From Babesia bigemina (Eukaryota), in the NCBI RefSeq assembly GCF_000981445.1, contig NC_027219.1, forward strand, positions 682,001 through 746,000: a stretch of 64,000 nt of DNA, in the 5' to 3' direction. Position 1 is the stretch's first letter. The number at the start of each line of letters is the position of its first letter. Shown here piece after piece: positions 13,432 to 23,401 of the stretch. The translations under genes and the position numbers were made by a program. Under the pieces are notes generated by a model. The model saw only the letters and a program-made list of their open reading frames with translations, did not search any database and was not told where the DNA came from.

Positions 13432-14288
13432 TTATGCGCCTAAGCAATGATTATGACCGGTTGTTGAGGACATAATCGACTTTGTTGTGAATTAGAGTTT
13501 TTCGTCAAAAGTACCGCTGAACCTGTCCCATTATATTATTACAAAAGCAATTCTATATCACCTCCTCGCATGAGGTGAGTAATATCTAAAATAATGGTGG
13601 GAAGCATATTTATATGGCAGAGAAATAACCACCCACTCTTTATGGTAAATCTTATTCCAAAAAAAAATGTTCATAGTAAAAATGGGTGAAAAGCATCCCG
13701 TAGCTTATACAGGACAAAAGTACGTTCAGATTTGGCAGACGCATTTGCTATTTGTCAATAAAATGTTTGCAAATGCAAACCTTACGGCAACACTAACCAC
13801 AGCAACTGCCATTTACAGAAATGTGGGCATTTACAGCGATGAAATGTACAAAGTTGCGTCCTTAGCCATTACAAAGCGTCCATCCAATCCGTGCTGGACC
13901 CACTATCTCTTTGCGTCACCCGGCGCATAGCATCATCGAGACACCGGAACAGAGCTTTCATCCTCGGCAATGAATATGTTATAGCTGTTATTTAATGGTA
14001 TCGCTCCGTTATAGGTCACGGCAATGTTCACTTGCGATATTTAGAGTGCGGTTAAATGTGACTGTTGCAACCTTAATAATCGGTAAATTATCGACGGGCC
14101 AGGTTGGTTGCAGATCTTGCTGAGGTGATTCTAAGTTGGAGGAATAATCACAACGTCTAAATATTACACATTGTCTCTACATTTTTATGTTGTAAATAGC
14201 AGTTACCGTTAGGTCATATAACCCTGTGACCACCTCAGCGATGTAGTTTGTGGACAGGGGCGTTGAATGTACTACGTCTTAAACGGGT

Positions 14289-14522
14289 ATGAAGTGGACT
14301 TATAACGATTGTGCGAGATGTAGAAATTGGTTCAAGTGTCGATGTCATTGGTGCATAGTTCGCTTATGCGCAATATTTGGCACTATTACTTTTGTCGTCG
14401 TCTTTCTCATTGTCTACTACAAATATCCCAACAAAACGGGTGAGTTGAGGTTTAATATACAAATTGCGTTTACTAAGGAGACAGGCACCCGCCTCATGAT
14501 CAGCTGCCCCAACAAGCAATAA
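14289..14522 (+). pseudogene. Truncated paralogue (77 aa) of the Cys-rich TM gene at 44471-44932; pseudogene or short family member
   Basis: CARCRNWFKCRCHWCIVRLCAIFGTITFVVVFLIVYYKYP matches the second half of the 44471 protein. Most of the Cys-rich N-terminus is missing. Confidence 0.65.
14315..14435 (+). repeat. Dispersed direct repeat, copy 1 (partner 44719-44839)
   Basis: 114 of 121 nt identical by manual alignment, with weaker similarity continuing downstream. Confidence 0.92.
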
Positions 14523-15222
14523 AATAGAACTTCACCCAGCTTGGAACCTAGGAATTGACGACATAAACTACTTTGGTGCCCAATTAGAGCAATTGGTGTC
14601 GATTTTAAGCTGAACGGTGTGAGTTAATAGCGACATCCTACGGTGGCTATCGATTGTGGAGTTGGGTGAACGGTTACCAATGTCAGAAAATGAGCAGCCT
14701 CATTCCTGCGAAGCAGCTGAATTTCATCATGGATTCACAGGTAGAAAGTTAGTAATAAGATGAATAGCTAAGGGAGCTGCTCTAATTTTGGAGATGCTGG
14801 GTGATGCCGACTGTCTGACACGACGTGTCAGCATGGATTCTGTAGCATACCAACTGCAATTCTTTATAATCACTTGTTTAAGTAAACCACCGTCAAAGCT
14901 ATCAACATTTATAGCGTCAATGTCTGCCATTATAGCATATGCGAATGACATGCGTTGTGCGTAGTGCATGTCACGTTACTTGTGTGGATCTAAGACAAGA
15001 CACCTTGGTCACAATTGCGCCGTCATCATCCACACGTCCGGTGTATATTAAACTTAATAAATTTCAATTAAACACGTATGTTCGAACGCTGCGGCTTTTG
15101 TGCTAATCCGCCAATAAGACGCAGCTGTTTACATACAAGGTCACTTTTGTAAACTGGCCTGGAGATTGACCGTAGATCGCATACGTGTATCTCAATTGCA
15201 TAGTCCAACGAATCTTGTCAAA

Positions 15223-15981
15223 ATGGTGTACCATTCGCTGACCGATGTCCCTCGTAACCTCAAGGAGTGCCTTGACTGGCTGATAGCTGTCAAGGGAACT
15301 TCCAAGTTTAACACGCAGGCTTTAGGTTACGCACTTTACAATTTCCTAGTAGACAAGCCTGTCGGTACGACGTATGTACCATCTGTCGAAAAAGTCAAAC
15401 GCCTTTCGAGGGAGTTCATGCAGAAAAAGGAATTTAAGGACTTGCCGGCAGTTGGAGACCTGCTGCGTAGATTCACGGAACGTATGAATAAAACCGACTT
15501 TGTGGATATCAAGCGCTTTTTTGCGCTCCACGAAAGTGATTATGAAAACATCGTAAAGGTCAATGGTGTCACACCTGACAGCATCGCAAAGGATGTAGAT
15601 AAAATTGCGGATGGCTGTGAGCAGTTCCTGAATGAGATTAAAACCCCTGGCCAGTACGAGTCCGCTTACAGTTCAGAAGCGACGTGGGAGGCCTCGTGCT
15701 CGAAGAGGCCGGAAGACTGTGCAGCAGTCCTCGTGGGGATTGCGCCAATGTTGTACGCAGGTTTACATTCTTTGTTTACTGGTAGCAATGGACACCACTT
15801 TGGAACTCCACCGCCTAATGAGACTCTGCTTGTGAGCAAGGTAATGAAAGCGATGGGTTTTGTTGAATCGAAATGCCGCGATGGCCTGAGTCGGTCAGAT
15901 CTTCGCCATGCGTTTAGAGATATGCATATGGATGTGTTGGACACTATCTACAACTTCGCTGGCTTCTGGGCCTTCTACTGA
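15223..15981 (+). CDS. Short variant erythrocyte surface antigen (ves/VESA)-related protein, ves2-like, 252 aa
   Basis: N-terminal SLTDVPRNLKECLDWL (ves-type PxNLKExxDW), YESAYSSEATW, CAAVLVGIAPMLYAGL, and C-terminal IYNFAGFWAFY as in short Babesia ves-like proteins. Confidence 0.82.
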   Translation: MVYHSLTDVPRNLKECLDWLIAVKGTSKFNTQALGYALYNFLVDKPVGTTYVPSVEKVKRLSREFMQKKEFKDLPAVGDLLRRFTERMNKTDFVDIKRFFALHESDYENIVKVNGVTPDSIAKDVDKIADGCEQFLNEIKTPGQYESAYSSEATWEASCSKRPEDCAAVLVGIAPMLYAGLHSLFTGSNGHHFGTPPPNETLLVSKVMKAMGFVESKCRDGLSRSDLRHAFRDMHMDVLDTIYNFAGFWAFY

Positions 15982-17565
15982 GTAGAAATCGCGGGTTTAT
16001 ACTACGAGCAGTTCGACAAACTATCATTTCGCGTTTGGGTATCCGTCTAGTTGGTATCACGAATTCTCACGGGGCATTTCTAATGTATGAAATGTTGTGA
16101 TGGCCAATATTGTTGACACGGTGTTAATTCTATACATTGCTGCCGTTGTCAACGCAGACAAAGCTATTGGCGTTATAAGAATTGTATTCAGGACGCAAGA
16201 TGGCGGTTTTTGGTACCAGCGCCACAGGATTCGATGTTCTTGTGAGAGACGTCGCATGGAGATTCGCAATCTATAAATAATGCAATGCACTCCTATCAGC
16301 CTTCGTAGACAGATGAGCGACTAGCGCCTCAAAAACCGCTCCAATCAAAGTGGCAGGGATGCATGTCGCCTATTGGGTGAGCGGTGTAGGCACGTGTGGA
16401 ATGTACCACTTAGTACAGCTATCCATAATTACAGTTACTATCATTAATAGATTTACATATGCGTATAATATTTTCTCTCTTAAAACCCTTACGTCCCATT
16501 TGTCGTTCTGGGCTGCACGTGGACATGAATAGCTAGATCGCTATGCCCTACTAAGTCGAGACTAGACGGCAGTCCCGTGGGAACGACGGTGTGTCTAAGC
16601 CGTCACTGCCATCGTTCCATGCACGACTAAAGATGGCGAGACAATCATTGCTCTAGCAATACATTCATTTTCAGGGCCACGCCGACACATTATACAAAGT
16701 TATGTTTTCGATACGGGATGCGTTACTAGATCGCCTGGACACCCTGGCACATTTACCAATAATATTGTAGATGGAATGATATACGAGGGCATGGGTATTG
16801 ATGGATACTCGGCATTACCGCACAAGGATTTCCTATATGATAATGTGGAGCGTCTGTAATTTCACTTTTGAAAAAACGGTCTCATTTCACTATAGCATAT
16901 TCGACGATCTCTCGCGTCTGTTGGTATTCGATCACACCTCTTAATAAATTGAATAATAACACGACTGAGAAGACTCTACATTTGACGATATGAGCACACC
17001 ATTGATTCGTCAATCTCGGAAAAAGTTACTGTGATCATACGGCAACCCCTGTCACTGTAGCAGCGTGTTGTAAACGCTTATCTATACCAAAACTAGGATT
17101 AATCATTGAACAATAACGATCTATGATGCACGGTTAATGCTTCGTAGTATGCATCTCTTGGCGTACAATGAGGGTCGCTCAGTAAATAGCCAATGACGAT
17201 TGGTTAAACTTGCACAGCGCTTTTACGGCATTACATTCCACCCCAGAACCATTTAGTCAAAACTTCAACCGGTGCTCATCTTTTAGTCATTGTTGTGGTT
17301 TATTACTGCTCTACCAAGATATCTGTGTTATTGGCACTTCTACACAACAACCGTAATTAAAATATTTCTGACATCTGCGCCAGTGTGACGCCTATCAATA
17401 CTATTTTAGCACGAGTTTTTTATTTCTGGATTTAATATGTGGATGCATTGAATCGTTGCTTATATGCTGTTATTGGGTGCGATTACACTATTTCTACAAA
17501 TTTGCCTTTTGGCAAAACATGTTTTCCTATTGTTCGTTAGGCGCAAGGGAATCCCGGCACCTGCT

Positions 17566-19578
17566 TCATCTGAGGATCGAGTGGCATGTCCCATTGGAGT
17601 TATGCACGCCTGTGACGTGTGGTAGCGTTAGTGCCCACTCGTACCACATACGGCGCTTGTCATGTTTCCTCCAGACGTGCAGCATGACGAGTTGCCCTTC
17701 CTTGACGTAAATTGGGGCCGTAATCGGGAAGTACATAGGGAACCAGCTGATCTGGTCATCCATAACTCCTGGGACGGTAGAGATTTTAACGTCCTTGTAC
17801 AACGTGCACTCGAAGTATCCCGCGAAGCCGTGTATGAAGCACTCCAGAGTAGACTTGAATGACATGCAAGAATATCTGTTGTTGTGTTCGTTGTTCATGT
17901 AGCAGAGCGCTTGCACGTCATCAGTGTCGCTGCAGCACCCTTTCATTTGTTTGTTGGGGTGCTCGAACTTGAAGCACGGCTTGGGCTGCTCTGCAACTTT
18001 GCAGAACTTGTGGAGCGCCACCGTGTAGGGGTGTTGAAAGGGCCTCTCGATTTGCGTGAGGTTGAGGCTGGCCCATACCTTCGGCGCGTAAATTGGCTCA
18101 GCGTATGAGACGTAGGTGCACGGCATGAACGTGACGCGATGCCCTGGGAAGTGCGTTTGGAAGGCGTTTTGTACTCCGTCTAGACACTCCGGCGCAAGTT
18201 CGTTGTCACCAAACGATCCCAACAGTTCGCTCAGAACGAGGTCCGCCGGTTCCGAAGGCTTCAACGTGCGCATATCCTGGAATATGAGCTTGACCTTGTC
18301 CCAGCCCTTTATGGCGTTCGTCGCAATTTTGTGCTTCAGTGTGAATACAGTCGCCGGGTTCTTTTCGAGCGCGTATATGGAAAACTCGGTAACATTGTTT
18401 TCAGCCAGTGCCCGCAAGCTGCAGTCCACCAGCGGCCCCCTACCAGCTCCGACAATGTATATTACCGGCCTCCTGACGCCATTATGTCCCTCATGATTGC
18501 CGTTATCCCCCTCACCCGGCGCTGCTTGGCCTGGTAGCGCGCCCGCCATGAAGTCCTTCAACCACAAACTAACCGCAGCCTCATATTGCGCGTATTTCCT
18601 TGTGCACCTCTCGAAATTTTCGTACGTAGCCGTTTCCAAATTGTCGCGTACAGGCTGCAGGGGCTCCTGGAGCATGTCCCAAAATCCCTCCTTGAACTGC
18701 TCGGCCTCAGTGAGAGGCGGCATCGCTGCATATGCCTTCCTCACCGCCGTGATGGCCTCTCTGACGCCGATGCCACCCGGCATTGGCGGCGTGTCCAGGT
18801 CCCTGATAGCGATCAGTTCCAGCGAGTCGGCGCTGCGCAGCTCGCTGGCCTTCCTGAGGGGTTCAAAGTTGAACATCCCACTCAGCATCACCTTGACGTC
18901 GTACTGCAGCAGGAAGTGCAGGTGCGGCACGAGGGCTGGTTTTAGCTGCACAGTCTCCCCGACCCTGACGAAGGAGCTTTCCCTAAGAATGACTGCAGTG
19001 AGTGGCTCTGCCACCCATCTTGCCAGGCGCCCGGCGTCATCATCGTCGATGACAATGGCGACCTTCAGCTGCGGAGAGTAATTCGTCATTTCGTGTATTG
19101 CGTTCCAGTATCCCCATGACACGTCGTTCGCAGCGAATGACAGGCAAACCGTGGGCATATTTGGCGAGTGCAGGAATGCCTTGAGCCGCTGCGCGAGGTT
19201 GGCAAGCAGCTCATGCGACTCGGCGAGCGTGGTGGCCTGCTGGAAGATGGGTTCGCAGTGTATACAGACGGCCCTGAGGCCAAGGTATGCCGACCACTCC
19301 ATGTACGACATGAACGCGCCTCCCACGCTGTCGATGCGCGCGACGATCCTCTGGCTCCAGTAGTTGTAGGTGAGGACCAGGTCGCTTCCGCACAGCGGCA
19401 CAAAGTTGTCATTCTGTTGGCCTTCCTCCGCAGAGTTCAAATTGAGGGACACAAATGAGATTCCCACGCTCTCTATGATCTTGATGACCCGGAGCAAATC
19501 GCTAGTTCCCGGATTCGGGAGGTTCCATCCGAAGACCAGTGGTGGCCTCAGCGCGGCCGGCTTCGGCATTGACGCCAT
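17566..19578 (-). CDS. PRMT5: Protein arginine N-methyltransferase 5
   Basis: LQEPLQPVRDNLETATYENFE, VGAGRGPLV, ALEKNP, SELLGSFGDNELAPECLDG, HGFAGYF, SWFPMYFP. Confidence 0.97.
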   Translation of the reverse strand: MASMPKPAALRPPLVFGWNLPNPGTSDLLRVIKIIESVGISFVSLNLNSAEEGQQNDNFVPLCGSDLVLTYNYWSQRIVARIDSVGGAFMSYMEWSAYLGLRAVCIHCEPIFQQATTLAESHELLANLAQRLKAFLHSPNMPTVCLSFAANDVSWGYWNAIHEMTNYSPQLKVAIVIDDDDAGRLARWVAEPLTAVILRESSFVRVGETVQLKPALVPHLHFLLQYDVKVMLSGMFNFEPLRKASELRSADSLELIAIRDLDTPPMPGGIGVREAITAVRKAYAAMPPLTEAEQFKEGFWDMLQEPLQPVRDNLETATYENFERCTRKYAQYEAAVSLWLKDFMAGALPGQAAPGEGDNGNHEGHNGVRRPVIYIVGAGRGPLVDCSLRALAENNVTEFSIYALEKNPATVFTLKHKIATNAIKGWDKVKLIFQDMRTLKPSEPADLVLSELLGSFGDNELAPECLDGVQNAFQTHFPGHRVTFMPCTYVSYAEPIYAPKVWASLNLTQIERPFQHPYTVALHKFCKVAEQPKPCFKFEHPNKQMKGCCSDTDDVQALCYMNNEHNNRYSCMSFKSTLECFIHGFAGYFECTLYKDVKISTVPGVMDDQISWFPMYFPITAPIYVKEGQLVMLHVWRKHDKRRMWYEWALTLPHVTGVHNSNGTCHSILR

Positions 19579-20412
19579 GGTACGGAGAGAGTTTGGGTCC
19601 GTGTGTCTTTTAACCCCTATTGGTGCGATTGCGAACCGCTTGCGTTTCGCCTTGTGCCGCTCGGTTCCGGATGGCGCCGTGGCGGGTTATAGCGCGGGGC
19701 CGAAGCCACTCGCGGCGTGTCGGCATTTTGACGCCTGCAGCTATCGGTCCACCTCTATTCTGCGACCTATTGGAGACGTACAAGTGTGAGATCGATGTGT
19801 GACACGAGAGTGGCACGTTCCTTATCTGAGAGGACGCGAGGGAGGTTTTGACTGCCCATCGCTAAGATTTTGTACGCAGCGCGCCTTTCGTACCTACACC
19901 GCTACACTACACACACGTTTATTGCACATATAGTTGCCCTGAGTTGGACTAACTACGTCCGGCTGTTGCATCCTTCCTCCCCTGGCATTGCGCCAACCAT
20001 TGCAGCCAACCGGGTGTGTAAGCGCCTGCACCCACATTTTAAAGCGCGAAACACTCCTACGGTTATTGTTACGTACTGCGGCGGCATGGGCGCAGGACCG
20101 GGGTTTCGTCGTGGTACATCGTCTGGGGGAGTCTTGCACTTGCCTTGGTTGACGCGCCGGCGCGTAGTCTACTCGCAATTTCTTATTGTTTCGCTCTTCC
20201 CAATTACCGCGGAGGTTTCCTTTGGCATTATTGCGGGGGAACCTTGATTGTGATCGTGTGGTTGCGCTGCGGAGCAGTCTGCGTCGCAGAGGTTCGCGCC
20301 TGAGCAGCGGCACGGCACGCGTTTTACCGTGTCACTTGCGCGCAGCGTTAGCCAGTTATGCGTTTGGCTGTGTGCTGTTGTGTTAGTGGCGCCACCTTGG
20401 CTTTGGGTTACC

Positions 20413-23001
20413 ATGTCTGACCACAGAGGCCCTTACCAGCCGCCGTACCCCGGTACGACCGGCATCAGCGACCCGTTCGGCGGGAGTGGCCCGAAGTACC
20501 CCGTGCACGGCGAGGATGTGAAGTCCAGCCCGTTCGGCACGAGCGTGCCGCCCGCCTCGACTCCCCCCCCTGCGGCTCCGGAGCAGGCTCAGCCGTCGCC
20601 GGTAATTGCCCCGCCGCCCATGCCTCCCACGAACGTGAAGCCGAAGGAAGATGTAGAGGAGGAGAAGGTGCTGAAGGGCAGCCTTCCCGGCCAGGTGTTC
20701 CATGAGAGCTTCAAGTTTACGCCGCCCCCTTCGACGTCTGCGGCCAGCAGCTTCACCGAGACTAAAACGGGCGCCGAGATAATGGAGAACCTAAAATCGA
20801 TGAATACCCCATCGCATTTCATCCGCTCTTCGGTGAACGTGCTACCCTCGAGCGCCACTCTGATGCAGAAGACACACGTTCCGCTCGGCATCGTGATCAG
20901 GCCCATGGCCCCGCTGTCGGAGGACGATCCCGAGATCCCGCTAGCCAACTCCGGGTCGGAGGCCATCACGCGCTGCACGCGTTGCCGTACGTACATTAAC
21001 CCGTTCGTCACGTTCGACCGTGCGCGCCGCTATTGGACATGTAACATCTGTGGTGTCCCCAATGAGGCCCCGATGCGTTACACGAACCTCTCCGGGGATG
21101 ATGAAAACCTGCCCCCCGAGCTTAAGACCGGCCTCGTGGAGCACCTGGCGTCGGCTGACTACATGGTTCGCCCGCCGCAGGCTCCTACCATAATGGTGGG
21201 CGATGATTTCGTGGCCATGACATAGTTGCAGTTTGTGATTGACGTGTCATCTTCCGCTGTCAACAGCGGCATGGTGGAGGTGGTCTGCCAAACGATTTCG
21301 GTTAGTGTTGCATGCGCGTTGTCTTAAAGTTCGCAGGACCTCATCAAGCAGCGTGCTTTGCCCGGCGATTCCCGCACCATGGTCGGCATTATGACGTACG
21401 ACACCTCCGTCCACTTCTACGAGTTGTCTGGTAGCAACGGCAACCCTAACATTCTGGTTGTTTCGGACCTGGAGGACCTGTTTTTGCCTCTTCCCGGCGG
21501 CATTTTGGTCAACGTCGCGGACGCTGAGGCGGAGCTGTTGAATTTGCTTTCGTTGCTGCCCTCGACCTGGAAGAACACCACCGTCTCCGGCAGCTGCCTG
21601 GGCAGCGCAACGCGCGCAGCCCACTTCGCCATGAAGCACGTCGGCGGCAAGATCTGCTTATTCACTGGCTCTCCGAGCTACTTCGGCGACTTTTCGCTGA
21701 ACGCCAACGCGTTGAGCCAGTCGAAGTCCGGCACGCCCAACATACAGCCTGTTGAGAAGTGCAAGGAGTACGCCATCATGGTCTCGATGGCCCAGGTGTC
21801 GATAGAGATGTTCGTTTGCACGCCCCAGAGCGTGAACCTGAGTGCGTTGTACCACCTGTCCGATTTGACCGCTGGCAACATCCACCACATGCCCTTCAAG
21901 ACACACGTGGGCAACTCTAAGCTGGCGGAGGAGCTGCGGCGCGTGATCACCAGGGAAACCGGTTGGGAGTCTGTGATGCGCGTCCGCGTCAGCAAGGGTT
22001 GGAAGATCACCAACTGGTTCGGCCATTGCCACATCCGTGGCTCGGACTTGATGGTGCTGCCCAATTGCCATGCCGACCAAACGTTCACGCTGACGTTCGA
22101 GCATGAGGACAATGTCGTCATCAGCAAGGTCGCCTACTTCCAGTGCGCGCTGCTGCACACCACTTCCCGCGGGGAGCGCCGCATCCGCGTGAGCACGTAC
22201 GCGATCCCAGTGAGCGACAACGCCAGCGAGGTGCTGCTGTCGGTGGACCCGGAGGCCGCGGTTTTGACGGCTGCCCAGCTCGCGCTGTCTACTGCCATGA
22301 ACGGCAAGCTCAGCGACGCCAGGACGCAACTGCAGACGTTGTGCGGGCGCATCTCCAACGCGATGTCCACCCTGACGTCGATGCAGGATGTCACCAGCAA
22401 GATTGTTATGTATGTGTTCGGGCTGCTCAAGTCGCAGTGCTTCAGCGAGGCCAACGTCCCCGCCGACGTTCGGATGTACCATTCGATGCGCCTGAAGACC
22501 CTCCCCATAAAGGAGCTGGCGGTGTACTGCTACCCGCGCATGATCTGCGTGACTGACGTGGCCAGCGAGAGCGGTGAAAGGGGGGGCTCGTGGCTCCCAC
22601 CGTCGCTCAACCTCACCCACTCGCGGCTGACCCAGGAGTCGGCATACCTGCTGGAGAACGGAGAGTGCATGATACTGTGGATCGGCAAGGGCGTCTCAAC
22701 TCAGTGGCTACAGTCGGTGTTCGATGTCCCGTCTCTGGAGTCGCTGAACTGCGACCTGGCCGAGGCGTTCATGTCTAGCTGCAAGAACCCGGCCGCTGTT
22801 AGGCTGGCAACTATTGTGCGCGAGCTGCGTTCGCAGAGGTCCCCGTACATGTCGCTGTCTGTAACGAGGCAGGGTGACGAATCTGAGACGAAATTCTTCT
22901 CATGTTTGGTTGAAGACAAGACCCCGGGGATGATGCTCACTCTTAACGAGTTCATAAACTCCATCACCTTGCGCGTCCCTTTCCGCTTTCAGCTCTCCTA
23001 G
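20413..23001 (+). CDS. SEC24: COPII coat subunit Sec24, 3 exons
   Basis: Pro-rich N-terminus, zinc finger RCTRCRTYINPF...WTCNIC, FVIDVS, GWESVMRVRVSKG, FQCALLHTTSRGERRIRV, gelsolin-like C-terminus. Introns 21196-21231 and 21301-21336. Confidence 0.96.
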
Positions 23002-23401
23002 TAACTAGCTGATGTAACCTCGTAGAATAATATTTGTGTTCGGTGCGGCCGCCGTCGGCCTTTTGCCGCCGCCCCTACATCCGCGTACGCGGTCGGCAGT
23101 TCAATTTGCGGCGGACCGGCCGCGGGGAACATGATCACGTCGAGCGCGTCACGCATATTTCCGGGTGTCATTTGGCGACTAGAGAGGTCGCCGTGAAAGC
23201 TTGTTCGGGCGAGCTGACGCTCGTTCGCGCGCAGCGGAAGTGTGTCAAGCTGAGGGCATCCCACGCCTCCGTTGCGGGTCTAATTGGCTTAACGGTATTA
23301 TGTCGAATATAAACGTGAGCGGTCGTTAGGAATCCGTTTCTGCCGCCACGCTGTCCAGCCTCGCAGCGTAGGTCTTCATCGGCATCACCTTCCAGTCGAC
23401 C

